A stretch of DNA of 64,000 bases, taken from positions 18,972,001 to 19,036,000 of the forward strand of contig OZ193909.1 of assembly GCA_964276515.1 (NCBI GenBank). Direction: 5' to 3'. Of this stretch, positions 37,601 to 51,190 are shown in pieces; position 1 is the first letter of the stretch; each line of letters begins with the position of its first letter. This DNA is from Gordius albopunctatus (taxonomy: Eukaryota). A program made the translations under genes and the position numbers. The notes beneath the pieces were generated by a model, which had not been told where the DNA came from, ran no database searches, and saw only the letters and a program-made list of their open reading frames with translations.

Positions 37601-40600
37601 AAATTTTTTTAAATAAAGTAAAAGAGAAGTTAAAAGGTCAAATGAAACTTGCGACGCTTTCAAATTATTTATTTGTTACCCTCTTTGTATACCTCGCCTT
37701 TATAATGCCCCTACGTCGAATAAACGAAATTGCAATAAAAAAGTTAGAAATTCCCTGATGTAATTTTCAAGGCATGAGATGGCTTAAAGAAAACCAATGA
37801 AAATCATATTTTTCCTAAAAATAAACTGCTCAGCTATCACATTAACTTTTTTTTTAATTTCAGTAAGCAGTAATTGAGATAAATATAATAAAATTATCCT
37901 CTTCGTAGGCTATGCTCACATTTTTATGCAAACGATCAATAGCAATCTTTATAGAAAAATTTATTTTCAATTTTTTTTGGATTCCTCGACTCTTCCAAGA
38001 GAGGAAGATAAAGCCATATTACTCGCATATAATGTTTTTAATGTTATTATATAAATATCACGTTTAGATATGTGGCAAGTAATTAACTTAACCTCAAAAT
38101 TTTTGTTAAACTTTACACAAGGAAAAAGTAAATGAACGTAACATGTAAACAAATAGACAATACCCCCGGTCGCCAGGTTCTAGCAAGAGGTACAATTTAC
38201 GAGCTTGGGCAAATTTGTAAACGACGTCGGTCCACATCTCTTTAGCCCTAATCCGTTTTTTTACCCTGGGAAAAATGATAAATCTCTAAATTTAATGTAT
38301 GTTCCGACCAAAGGTGTTTGGTCTCTCTTTTTCTTGATCGACCAATAGGTTTAGTAGGAATTTGAGAAATAGACTAGTCGATGAATAGGCTTTTTTAAAT
38401 CAAAGACTCCAGCCGTTTTTAAAACACTAGTTTGTTGCCGATAAGGATATATCGGCTAATTTTAGAAAGTTATAATAATGGCATATAACGATTGTTATAA
38501 AGGCAGGAGTATTGACAATTATAATATGAGATTCAAGCGTTTCCTATACACAAACGCTCTAAAAAAGACGTTAAAAACTTTAAGATTGTCAAAAATCAAA
38601 ATTTATATCAAAAAAAATGTAAAAATTTTTAAATAAAAGTATAGAGACAAATGCAAATTAGTGTTGAAATCCGTGAGCAAAAGCAATGGTGACAGTTATT
38701 GACAAAATATATAAATTTTCAAAATTAAATTCTTATTTAGTTATTTCACCTGTTAGTTTGTTAAGTGGGGGTGTTAACATCCCAAGTCATTTAAAAAGGC
38801 AGGGGATATATCAAAATATAAAACTGTAAATTAAAATAATATTCCATAAAAAGGATAAATGTATCGACTAGACTAAATATTCTGCCCCTTTGGCATCAAA
38901 TATTTTTATGCCTGTTGCCTCATGCTCTGGTACCTTCGGTAAATGGGCCATCGATTTTTTTAAAGAAATCGGAAAAACGTTAACAGAAATATGGATATTA
39001 GGCGTCCTCCCTCTTATGCTCAGACAGCAGCAATCTGGGATTCTTATAGTGCTGCGATATACAACTTCAAAGCATTCTCCTACTCTTAACCGCACGTAGA
39101 TGATAATGATTTAAATCTTTGTTTAAAGCATATGTCCTTTTTTCAATTTTCTGTTTATACATGTGATTTAGTTTTCGAATTGTGCAAATTAAAAATCTCG
39201 GGCGGGTTTTGTATCATAAAAATTTTAACGGGCCGGGATAAAGAATTAATGGAACGGGCCCGGGAAGACCTGAGATTTTTTCATGGACTTGAACGGGCCT
39301 GACAATTTATAAACGGGCTTTAACGGGCCTGAGTTTATATAAACGGTCATGTAATTACGAACGCCCTTAAAAGTAAGGCAATAAAATAATCAATTTGAAA
39401 TATATAGTTAATTGTTAAATTTTTTTAAAAATAATTTCGTAAGCCCTGTAGCATTCATTCATTTTTCAAGCGCTAAATTAGACTTTAAATCATTTCTACT
39501 TGTCTATGAGAAGTTCCCGTAAAAATATAAACCTGGCCTCTCAGTCCCTTCTTCCAACTGTAACAATACCCCGCCGACTCCCATCTTTGAAGTATTTATT
39601 TCCAACTCGGGCTCCCTTTCATGGTCAAAGCACATTGGTACAACAGGCAACAACGAGGCGACAGACCGCTTGAGCTCCTCAAAACTACATTGACAATTTT
39701 CGTTATTCCACACAAATGCCACCCTCTCGCCCATTAAAACATATATAAGGGTGCTGCCAATTGGGCAAAATGTTTGATAAACTAACTATAATAAATTAAA
39801 GAGCCCCAAGAAGCTGCGTGACTCTATTTCTGTATTAAGAATCCTCACCTTTCTAATCACCTTCACCTAGTCTGCCACCGGTTCCGACAGTATCTCCCCT
39901 TAATATTTATGTCCCAAATCGGTTACTTCTACCGCAAACACACTTTTTTCTTAACTCACTATTATACCACTCTCCGCGGCCCCTGCCCCGCGTTCGTAAA
40001 CTAATTCAAAACACCGTCAATCGGTGAGAGTGCGGGTCTACGGGCGAACCGAGTCTCAACAGGGACAAAAATCAGGGCTCTCCCAGGTGGTGGCAGCAAA
40101 TCAAGAATTTTCTTAGGGAGACCCGCCGCAAGATTTTCTCTCCAGCGCAACCGAACGACGACGACAACGGGTCAGCGCAGCCCCACCTTTGCCGCCTCGC
40201 GAATACCCGAGGATACGCACCGGCGTAGGCACGCGGATTAACCCAGACGACGAATCCCTCGGCGGGGACGCGGGGTCGGGAGTAATCCCAGCCCTTGTGG
40301 ATGACCATAAGGCCATCTTCCAATGAGGAAAGCCAGGTGCCACGACTATGCCCACGGGGCAACTCGACATCAAAACTTCACGGCTGAAACCACACCCGCT
40401 GATGTCACCTTTCACGCTCAAAGTGGTTTTCGAAGGATTCAAGCCACCTCTCGAACTCACCAAGATCCAAAGGAATGACGGCCTGTTCAGGCCCGAGAGG
40501 CGTAAAAGAATCTCTAAAAGAAGTCCACCTATTTCACGGCTATGAAGGAATCAGGGGTTGTTCACGAGCTCGTCATAGCCAAAAGAAAGGGGGACGCTAG

Positions 40601-43600
40601 AGTGATTACCGACTTAACCGATGCCTCGAAACTTCAGGCACCTCCCAGTGAAATTCGCGGCAAAAATCGATCTCAAAGTATTGGTGCTATATAATTCCTA
40701 ATCTAAAACTTGGGTGTATTAATTTAAATAAATTAATAAAATTTTTCTAAGGCAAAAAGGCTTAAGTCGCTTAGAACTAGAAATAATTGATAATTTATTA
40801 TTTTTACATGATAATTATTTACGTTGTGTTTTATAAATATGTCAAAAAATTATATAAAAAATTTGTCACATTTTTGATGAATTGGGCCGGGCGCGGAGTT
40901 CTTTCAAAAAGTATTAACGAGCTTGGGGCCTGACGTTTTTATAAAAGGGTACGGACTGGCCTAAAGTGTTAAAAAATTAGGACTGGCTCGGACGGGCCTT
41001 GAAGTTTTCAAAAGGGTACGGGCGGGCAGACCTTTTAAAAAGGCCCCATTGCAGATCTCTATTACAAAAAAACTTGTTGACAAAAAAATAACAATAAAAT
41101 CAATTAATAAAATGACATAGGGTTATTATTGATATTTCTTAGGGGGTAAACACCAAGATTACCTCTCCCCATCGACGCCATCTAGACCCGCGGAAGGATA
41201 CCAAGCGATCACGTGTTCCGCCGCTTTCATCCACGATCCCTCAGTCACGAGGTGTTCCAAGTAGGCGCGAGTCACGTGATCCACAGTCGAGGGCGGTAAG
41301 GCGTCCTGAGGTGATGCCGTGGCGGCGGATGAATACTTGAGGGCGGCCGCGAACAGCTGTTTTCTTAACAACCAATCCACGTGGTCGACGGCCGATCGAG
41401 CTCGTCCGATCACGATGTCCCGTGGGCTACCAACGAAGAGATATCCTTCCGCCGGGAGTCCATCTTGAATTCAAGAGGGTCGCGTGAAAATACCACATTT
41501 TAAACAATCATCTATGGCATTATAATGATAAGGTTAAGGACTTTAAAAATTGTTTGAAGGAGCTAAAATGTTGTTTCTCGCAAAAGAGGAAAATTGCCTC
41601 TTATTACCCCCGATAAACATCCAAAAAAAATGAGGCTTGTGGGATATTAAAACAGCGCTTTCTAAATTCGTTTAGCTTCATGATATTAAGAAACACAATT
41701 TTCAAAAGGCAATATATGGACTGTAAGGTGCCAAAATGTAACTTTAAAATTATTTTTACAATTTAATTGCTATTACATCTAACATTAAAATAAATGTTAT
41801 GGTAGGAAGTAGTTATTAAACTGCGGGTTTACGGTAATAATCATAAAAGATAATAATAACAACAACCCCTTTCAGGAGTGCCGCAATTAAATTAAAAGTA
41901 TCCTCCAAGGGCAAAAACGTTATATGTCTGTTATCATTTTCCAGTGATGAGATGCTAAAAAGATAGATATGGTTCAAATTAGTCTCTAATTAAAATTGAC
42001 TATAGATGGCGCTAATTAGGGGATAATTTTTCCGATTAAAATAATAGTCATTAAACACTTCAAAAACTGTATTTTGAATCAGAACGTGCCAAATTTTAGA
42101 TACCATTTTCAAAATTATTTTACAATTTAACTGCACTTACATCTAAAAATAAAATAAGATATTTATTAAACTCATTATGATTGTAATATAAACCTTTATC
42201 ATAAAATATTTAATGTCTGTCTACATTAATTACACCTGAAAGAGAGAGGGATAAATTACCTAAATGGTACTCGGACGATTTGGTACTGGACCAATCTTTG
42301 GTCGATAGGGCATCGTTCACGCTCTCTTCATAATGGTCAACGCGAGGAGTGATCACGTGCAATTGTGGGCGGTGCCCGACAGCGATAGGACTGCCCGCCT
42401 CAGGGTCATTAGGGGAGGGTGTGGCTTCGACAGCCTCGGGTGCTAACTCCGAGGGCATAGCGCCATCTGGCGGATGTAAAACCTTAACTTCTTCTTCATC
42501 TTCCTAAACGAGTTGGATGAAAACAACTTTTGATTCGATAAATTGGTTAAAATAAGGTTTATTCCACAGATACCACAAATTTTTGCAGGGATAATATTTT
42601 GTGGAAAAATAGATATTTAGCATTACTAAGATCACGGAATGAGTGACAAGTCAACTAATTTTCCCCTTTTTAACCCTCCAATGTACTTATAGAAATCACA
42701 ACCCTGAAGTGACTTGTGGTGTTTATAAAACCCCGTTCTTAAAATGGTCATAAATTTTAAGCCATTAGAGTAACACTTCTCGAATTTTAAATAAAAGTTT
42801 ATTAAAGCCTCTTATAGGTTTGTAAAAAAAAGTAATCAATTTATATAAAGTAAAGTCTATGTATATATATATATGTGTGTGTGTATGTATGTAAGGTCTA
42901 ATCTCTGAAACTACCGGCCCAATTCGCTCGAAACTTTACCCGTAGGTTCCCAGGGCGGCCAGGGGTAAAATAGCTTTTTCAGATTCCTAAAATACCTTTT
43001 CGTTTTAAAAATATCGCACATTTCCCGGCCAGTTTAATTTATAGCAGCATATACAATAATGACGTCATACATACAAGGCTGAAGTTTTCTCGAATTAGAT
43101 ATTTAAAAGTTTAATAAAAATGTTACAGTATACGGTCAAAATTATTGGGGTTTAACAAACTATTTAAATTAAATAAATAATATTTAATCTATTATCAAGT
43201 GGTCGATCATAGAAGCATATTTTTAATAATTGTTCATCCTTCAATTAATTATTTTATTCTATTAAAGAAAATTGTTTTTCAAATAAATCAGCTAATTAGA
43301 AAAATAAAATAATGGTATTATTGTATAATAAGCAGGTTTTGAATTAGGGGGGGCAGATGTAAAAAAAATTTTTCTCGACTATCCAAAAATTTTCGTGAGA
43401 GCAAAAAAAGTCTTCGACTACTAAATTCCTAAAATTTTTCCTGAGACCCGCAGGGGGTAGCCGCCCTCCTCTGACTAATTAAGGGGGGGAGGGGAACGCC
43501 CATGAATCAAAGTCATTTTTTTGGCTTATTTTTCACGTCATTTATTATTATTATAGGACGGTCATGTCTCCTCCTACGTGGCTAAATAAATTAAAAAATC

Positions 43601-46600
43601 TAATTTTGTCATTTTTTGCGCGTTAAATAAGGAGAAAAATGAAAATACAATTAACAAAGTGCCAATAAATGTTGATATATCTCAGTTCGTCGGACATGAT
43701 TAAGTTCAGAATTAAAAGTTTTATTCAGAAACAAATAATTATCATATTGTTTCTTAATTACAAAAAAATATAAAAAATTTCTTGAAAGGCCAGGGGGCCA
43801 AAGATTTTTCCCTTTGGGGGGGGGGGGGGCATGGCTAATTCAAAAGCTGGCTACGCCCATGCATGGAGGCAATATAGTTGTCGTCCCATTATATTAGTAT
43901 ATATTCAAAATAAATTTTTTCGCAAGATAACCCCGTCCCTTTTTATAAACTTAAATAAAGATAGGGCAAATTTAATTCGATTTGTTCGGCCTGTACCTAA
44001 AGCGCCAACATTTATTTCTAGAATATTCAGCAATTGTGTACTAATGAAGCAATTGTCAAAATAAAAAAGATAAGAAAACCCCCCTAAAGTAGTTTTAATG
44101 TGGTGAGCTAGAGGAAGCACTAAGACAATCAACAAAAGCATTACCATGCCGCGTAATTTTTTTAGGATTAAAAAGTTTATTTGTTAACAATCCGTCGACA
44201 GTAATACAATATAAATACATGAAATATGAAAGACAAAATGCGTCATATATCATCATCGAGGGGATCTTCCAAAATTGGCCAAGAATCCGGGAACGATTTA
44301 AAATTGTACTTGGCTATAAGAGTACCAAGTCGTTGTTTAAGTAAAAAGGATGCCGAATGTTTAGACGGGGGAGAACGTCTTCCTACTTCTTTAAAAAAGG
44401 CTAAGGCCTGTTTGCCAAAGGTGCCTGAACACGAAGGAAGCAACCGATGGAATAAAAATGTTTGAGGACGATAGGGCTTTGTATTCATTAGTTCTCCGCC
44501 CCTCTGCGACAGCTAAATTGACATTTATAACCAAAGCCAAGTGGCTTTTCTTTTATAAATTGGCGGTAGGATGTCAATAATATGCGACTGTAATTTATGA
44601 GTCCATTGAGTGTCAAGCTTTTAAATGTTAAAAAAATTGAAGACTTGCTAAACTTCGGCAAATTTGTCAACAAAGTCGAAATTCTAATTGACCTATAAAT
44701 GTACTTTAACCGCACCTATACTATATGAGACCGATTGATTGTACGAATAAGATTGCAATTCCCAAAAAGTTTTGAAGGATTTATATAGCAATGTATATAT
44801 TAAAAAAGTTTGTCTCAAAGTTGCTGTGTTGCACATGAGTTTGTCATATCTACAATAAGTGACACAATTTTATCATGAAAAAGGTTTTTCAAAATATATC
44901 CTCAAGGGTTGGTAGACTAATAACAACGGCTTTGGTGTTGCAGATTTGTATTTTCGTCATTCTGCCAAGTTAAATTGCCATATGAACCATCCAGATGTGC
45001 GGTGAACTAGTGATCTCTTCATAAGACTTAATTCCTTGTCAGTACCCTTGTGGAGGGCAAAATGAACATTTTTTAAACTTTTAGCAAAATTTAATAAATT
45101 TTGGATTTAGGGGGGGGGCAGTTGGTTACGCCCATGTTCTTTCATGTGGTCGCAAAGAAGGTGATAGTGCAGACGTCGCTTTTGCTAATCTAATAAAATC
45201 TCGGAAATTTCGAGCAACTTTTCTCCTATAAAATTTTGAACTTTTTGCGGGTATGACAGATATTGTGGCAACCATCTTAATTCAAACTTTGCAAAGGAGG
45301 AATGGAATATTATAGAAGGATTTAACACCAAAAAATATGTTTTGGGAACTGCAATCGATGGTCTCATACGGAATGCGTCCTAATAGACTTTGGAAGACAA
45401 CAAAATACGTACATCATATATGCTAGGAGTTAAAGTTAGACTTGACCGGCAAAGTTGTGGCAATGTGCGGGGGAGTTTTTCAGTCAAATAAATATTTTGA
45501 GAAAAAGTTCTTCGAAAATGCAAAAGCCTCAAATATTTTAAAGGACTAAACCATTGTCCCCTCTGATGGACACCATACCACCAAACAATTTATAAATTAA
45601 AAGCCATAGCGCTTTAGATATAATAATAAGTATGGTGACGGCAACAAGGTCGGACTAACTTACGCCTTTCCACGTTTATCAGGGTGCTTCGTGTAAACAC
45701 TTGGGGTAGGGGCAGCTAATGGAACTGTATTGATAAATTACCGGAGAAATATTTTCTCCTTATAATATATATTTTGATAATAGCTTCACCCTCCTCACAA
45801 AATTGTTAAATGCACTCTCAAAAATCAATGTCGGCGCGATAGGAACAGTCCGAAAGAATGGAATAAAATGTCCGCTCCGTTTGCCTAAAGTTTTGGAAAA
45901 AGGAAGAGGTTATTTCGAGGAAAAAGTAACTTTAAATTAAGTAGCAATACGATGGGATGACAATCGTATAGACACCGTGTTATCGAATTGTCATGATGGA
46001 ACCCAGCAGCTTATAAGGAAGATCGGCAGAACAGGTTGAAGCACGAAGTTGAGAATACAAGTTTATTGCCCGTTGTGGTTCACGTGTACAATAGATGTAT
46101 GGGTGGGGAGGATAGATTTGACTAAAATGTCCATTCTACAGGGATTTCTTAGAGGCGGGTAAATGTTATTTTCCTTTGATTGCATTGGCTTAGAGGCGCG
46201 GCGTGTCGAAATGCGTGGCAATTGGCAAATATACAATTCAAACAAGGCATATTTGTTTGATTCATACAACTTCAGAAGATGGATAGTGGTGTCTTATTGC
46301 AAAAAATATGGTGTTCAAGCTAAAACAAGTGTTTACTCTACTTCAACAAGATATTAGAAACCGGATATCTCAAAACATCAAAAAGAAGCCTATTTACGGA
46401 GAGGCGCTGTAAAGTTTGTAAGAAGGTCAGAGGTCTTAAATGTTCTTTTCGAAATTCCGGATTGCTTCAAAAATACTTGGCTAATTATGACCTATAATTA
46501 ATTTTAATGTAATTGATTCAAATGATACAATTCAGTGTTTTATTTTTAATGTTCCCATTGTCACCCCTTTAGGTGATACCCCCTATCTACTCGAGTGCAT

Positions 46601-49600
46601 TTTTGTTCAAAAAATTCTCACCTGAATAACTAGGGATGCTAAATAGTTATTTTGTAACAAAATTTTATCGGGCAAAAATTAGTGGTACCTGGCGGTTTAA
46701 TATAGCCAACAACATAAGCCTCAAAAGAATAAAAATAAATATACCGAGATTTGTTAAAATCGTTATATGAATATTAGATATACTATTTTATTAAGATATC
46801 CATTCGCAGCGGATAAATCTAAAAAAAACATTTTGACCGAGCGATGTGAAAGAATATTTATCTGAGCATGAAAAATTAATCAAAGATATACCGTAGCCGT
46901 TTGTCCATCGCGATTTAAATTTTTACATTAAATTCATACAAACTTTGATCTAGAAAGTATATATTAACGATCATAAAAAATATATGTAGTAGACCCAAAC
47001 TCGAACCCAAAACGATATAGGTCCAAACCGGGTTAGAACATACAAAATCATTATTTTCGCTTTGTTTAACACGTCATCAGAATGAACAAAACTACAAATC
47101 CCAGTTACTATACATACATGTCTAAAAAAATTGGGTTTTTTCTTAAACAAACTCTAAAACCATGGGCGAAGTTGGGGGGTGGCGGCTGCCCCCCTCTAAA
47201 TCCCAAAATTCTCGTAAAATAAAAAAAAAATATGGCTAAAATTTAGGAAAATTATCATTTTGCAGTCTTGTTAACGCTCCTTTTTAAAAGGAGCGACTCC
47301 CGCTCCCGCTCCTCAATTTTAAAAAGGAGGACCCCGCTCCACCTTTTTTTGGAAAAATGTCATTTTGTCCCTGTGTAAAACATTATTGGCCCCCTCAAAT
47401 TCCATCCCCATGCCTAGGACACTGATAAAATATCTCTAAAATGAGATTTTAGTATGATTGTAGTATTTTAAACTAATCGTAGCATAATGATGAGTAGAGT
47501 TGTTAAATTGCTAACTTTCTTCAAACTCCAGACGAGAGCACGCATACTGGGTTGCTTAATATGCTCGTTAGCACAATATGTGCTCGATGTTCGGTGCACT
47601 AGGCAGAGCAGTAGCATATAAAAATGCTCGAGGGCCGAGCAGAAACTCGAGCAGATGGTGGCTGGAGTTGAAGAAAGTTAGCAATTTAACAACTCTAATG
47701 ATGAGATGTAGTATATATCAATAAAGAAAGTGTCACTATTATAAAAGCAGCAATTTTACTTTTGCGTATGCCAACACCGCGATGCTATTCACGTCTGGGT
47801 AGGGTACTAGGCCGCACACACGAAAATGCGTGGGAAAACTTGATACGATTTGCAAGTATTTCACTTGCGCCGAGCCATTTCCACTCATTTCACCTATCGA
47901 ACCAAAATACGTGCGGAATTTAAATGTTTTACATTGCAATAAAGTTAATTTAGTGCTACATAATTATGATGTGCCCCCTTTTAAATTTTTTTGGGTCGGG
48001 CCCGGAACTAGATGTGTAGATAAGATCGGGCCTCAGGCTCCTAGATCCTTCTTAAAGTGTACATTTCATCTGAATTTTTTAATATTTATATTTACATTGG
48101 CGAACAAAATGGAAGTATACCAATCGTAAAAAGGTTTATATATATATTCATTTCTAAATTGTTATAATAAACAATGAAACGTTAGCGAATTTCATATTTA
48201 TCAATTGCTATGCAATTTAAGGGCTCGCTTTTTGTTGGCCATCCTGTCATGTCCAACTTGTAATTTTTCAATAATTGCCGTGTAAACTTATACGGGCTTT
48301 TAATGGCTGTGGACTTGACCCAACTCCATGATTGTCTATGGGCCCATCTTTCTATATAAATTAATTTTGGCAACTTTTCCGAGTTGTTGTTTTATATCGG
48401 ATAATCGCGAAATTGGCTAAATAATTCCCTAAAAATTAAAACTGACCGTTGTTTATATATAATCAAATCGTTTTTATAAACCAAAAATTTAGACAAGGCA
48501 TAAAGTAATCAATAAATTATTATGAATGCTCCTAAAGCTTGCGAGTTGCGATCATAAAAAATGACAGGCCGGACTCAGATCTGGACCAAAAAAAGATTTT
48601 GGACTTGGGCCGGGCTCAAAAAAAGTGAAAAACAAAAACATTAGGCTCGTGTTGAAAAATTATAGTTCGATGACGAATTCTTCCTTATAATCTAAGGAAT
48701 TATTCTACATCAGGCAAAAGATCACTATGGAAATCGTCAAATCCAACACGATTTCCATCAGAGGTCATATTTGCTAGAATTTTTCTGCCCAAACCCGGTC
48801 CGGCCCGATTTTATAATTAATCTGCCCGCCCGAACCCTTCTATGTGTCCGCCCGGCAATGCCCGAATTATCACATCTGCCCGAACTGCCCGTCCCGAAAT
48901 GGTGTGTTTTAAAAAATTTTAGCACTGATATCGTTAGATTTTTTAAAAATTTTATCTTAATTTTGGATTTTTTTTTAAATGAGAACTAAAATTAACAAAC
49001 ACTATGAAATCAATTAAAAAAGGCACAAACAAAAGGTACACAAAAGCAATATAATACATTTTTAAAAACGAAATTGAGCCCGAATCGCCCGAATCTTGTT
49101 CGGGTACCCGCCCGGGCCAGCCCGAAAGTTAAAATTTACGACAGTTGCCGGGCAAATCCGGTCTCTGATTTCCATACACGGATCAATGCCATCCAATTAG
49201 TTTTTAAGGCGTCTTCTTTTTTAGTATTTTATTTAGCAATGTATTCTACCCATGTTATACTTTTATTAATTAATTTGAATAAAATATAATAAAGTTAAAT
49301 TATACTCAATAGGTTTAGGGGTGAGTGAGGCAGGCCTTGGGTCGTGCTAGCTATTTGACAGACTTTAAGAGTGTCCCCCCAGCCGAGGAGAAGGGCGGGA
49401 CAGGGACCTGGGTACCAAGTCATGTGACAGCTGGAAATTTCCCCACCCCAAAGCTCTCGGTTCACGGTTCCTATGATAGACGAAGTGTGGGTATCATAAA
49501 CTTTAACAGCCTAAGAAAAGCAAAAAATATATTTTATTATTATTTAATCAAATATCGATTAATTCCGAGTGAAAAATGTTAGTATATGAGTGTGTTAGAT

Positions 49601-51093
49601 CAAGTGAAAGCCACTTTTATTATGTTATGCCCTCCTAATACATCAAGAAAAAGGTGTTTGGTTTTAGTTGATTAATATAAAGAGTCGTCTTTTGGTTTAC
49701 TTTTATAAGTCGACGACCTCCAGGCTTAGTCGAAATTTAAAAACACAGACCAGAGCCCTTTAGGCTTAGTAGAACCAAAGGTGGATTAAGCGAAACGCCT
49801 CTGTTTTTAGAGAAAATTTATTGAATAGATATCCAGGTATTTTATTAATTAACATGGATAAGATGATGAATTGTATTTGATTATTAAATATAATCAACTG
49901 CTGATAACTCCTAAATACATTAAAAAAAGAATAATTATTAAAACAACTTGTTTAAGAAATATAAAAAGCATTTTTTTACACATCTCTTAAAAGTGCTTTT
50001 AGGCCAACTTCAATTAAACATGTGGCTATCCCTATGAATAGAACTGTAATAAACATTTAGCCCAACCCCCTACCCCTTACTATTAAAACTATTAGGTTAT
50101 ATGCTGAATTCAAGATGGCCATTGTGAAAAACAGCTTAAAAAACCATCCATCAATTTAAAAATCTAACTAAAAATATTATTGTGTAATAAGATTATATTC
50201 ATGACTTACTTTTTGATCTGCCCATGCAATATAGTTGTTATGCCATTTGAGAGTTTCTATGGTGCCATAGCCACCTTGGTAAATTATGCTCAGTTTGCGG
50301 CCAAAAATACTCTTTTCAAACATTATTACCTCGTGAAAAAGGAAATTATATTTATAAAATAGTTAAATTATAGATAAATAGATCTATCAATCAAAAAATA
50401 TTAAATAAGATAACTAATATAACAATAAAATTTACAAAAAAAGCATTTTTAAATACTTTATACTCTTAGGGTCAAACAAAATGCATTACTTTTAACAGTC
50501 AATAGTAATCAATATAATACTTTATCAAGTCCTACAACAAAATGCTTTGACACATGGGGCTTTCCAAAATTTGGGTTGAGTGCAATACTTTTAACTTCAA
50601 TGTCAAATCTATGCACATAATTTTGTTCTGACATATATAAGCCATTAATTATGACCTTTAAAATAAATATCATATGTGATTGAAAGCAACATACCCTTCC
50701 ATCATGGGCACAACTAGCAATATAATCTCCATTCAAATCTATGCTAACTTGATTAACAGTAGAAGAATGCTATTATTAAATATTATTTTGATTAAAGCAT
50801 TTATAGGTACCATTGCAAGCTCTTTCACATTAATGCTGTTTCCAAGATGATCAACTATATGTAAAATTCCCCAAGTGGTGCCAAAGGCTATAAACTTTAA
50901 AAAATAAAAACAAGAAGCTTAGACAAATACCTTTGAATGAACAGTCAAACATGATAGAGTATCTTTTGAAAATATATTTTGTAAATCACCTCCTATTCTT
51001 TCATATTTTAACTTAGGCTCTAAAGACTATACAAAATGATTACAAAAATTTAAAATAGATGATAACCTCTTCAGCATCGCTATCCACTTCCAT
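31675..51093 (-). CDS. VPS41: Vacuolar protein sorting-associated protein 41 (HOPS subunit), 21 exons, about 998 aa
   Basis: Exons 51067-51093, 50931-51026, 50811-50894, 50695-50769, 50521-50655, 50210-50329, 49306-49510, 47760-47893, 42260-42503, 41163-41463, 38164-38247, 37376-37538, 37172-37299, 36785-36965, 36434-36550, 36259-36391, 35826-35966, 35408-35544, 34588-34793, 33018-33246, 31675-31731; all GT-AG, total 2997 nt. Diagnostic stretches EPKLKYERI, DLNGDYIASCAHDGRV, LYAEFLPEKLMSFLKTSQHYPLQK, AINFCKEQDDADLW, IGTYVDPLILI, and RING-H2 ligands CGSC...CDHVFHSAC...CPVC. Confidence 0.95.
33285..33475 (+). mobile_element. 3'-terminal fragment of an RTE LINE
   Basis: Encodes DMEVAGKRGRGRPRVTW and ends in a (GAA)n tail; homologous to the 3' ends at 60339-60520 and 53050-53230. 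Confidence 0.7.
34221..34423. mobile_element. 203-bp hAT-type MITE
   Basis: TIR TAGAGTTGTTAAAATGCTAACTTTCTTCAA; flanks ccactatc / ccactacc; near-identical copy at 47495-47697. Confidence 0.9.
38860..39112 (+). pseudogene. 3' fragment of a CRE-like RLE non-LTR retrotransposon
   Basis: FMPVASCSGTFGKWAIDFFKEIGK resembles the FxPxAxETxGxWGxxAxxFxxExG end of the RLE domain; paralogous fragment at 44225-44600 on the minus strand. Confidence 0.6.
39195..41061. mobile_element. hAT-like element with ACGGGC subterminal repeats, carrying retroelement-derived cargo
   Basis: 39195-39480 and 40690-41061 align with the element at 54460-55423, which also ends TTGCAGATCTCTA; here the centre holds ~1.2 kb of unrelated sequence. 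Confidence 0.7.
39504..39990 (-). pseudogene. Decayed Ty3/Gypsy pol fragment (end of RT, connection, start of RNase H)
   Basis: AFVWNNENCQCSFEELKRSVASLLPVVPMCFDHEREPELEINTSKMGVGGVLLQ resembles the Gypsy W...F..LK...P.L...D....L.TDAS..G.GAVL.Q pattern; upstream FLGL and DLGH remnants. Confidence 0.7.
43905..44147 (-). pseudogene. piggyBac transposase fragment
   Basis: YFDNCFISTQLLNILEINVGALGTGRTNR matches the piggyBac DNxFT(S)...GTxRxNR motif. Confidence 0.7.
44225..44600 (-). pseudogene. 3' fragment of a CRE-like RLE non-LTR retrotransposon
   Basis: SCSGTFGKQALAFFKEVGRR...SFLLKQRLGTLIAKYNFKS parallels the RLE C-terminus (FLxQRxxxxxxxxN). Confidence 0.6.
45590..46490 (+). pseudogene. Decayed piggyBac transposase (catalytic core to Cys-rich tail)
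   Basis: Broken frames give YFDNSFTLLTKLLNALSKINVGAIGTVRKN, IRWDDNRIDTVLSNCH, YNRCMGGEDRFD and a terminal RRRCKVC motif; element ends not confidently found. Confidence 0.75.
47495..47697. mobile_element. 203-bp hAT-type MITE
   Basis: Perfect 8-bp TSD ATGATGAG at 47487-47494 and 47698-47705; long TIRs; near-identical to 34221-34423. Confidence 0.92.
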
Positions 51094-51190
51094 TTGAAAT
51101 TAACATATGGTTTTAAATGTTTAGATGTGTACATATGTTACCATTGGTTTAGGGCAACCGTCCGACACAAAGATAACTCAATCAAAATTA

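Noticed and set aside
42857..43100. Second Helitron-like 5' end (TCTATGTATATA, microsatellite) and scattered TTGCATAGCAA-type repeats (near 34995, 48205, 55540, 59590)
   Set aside because: Probably Helitron/DINE-like debris, but matching opposite ends could not be established.
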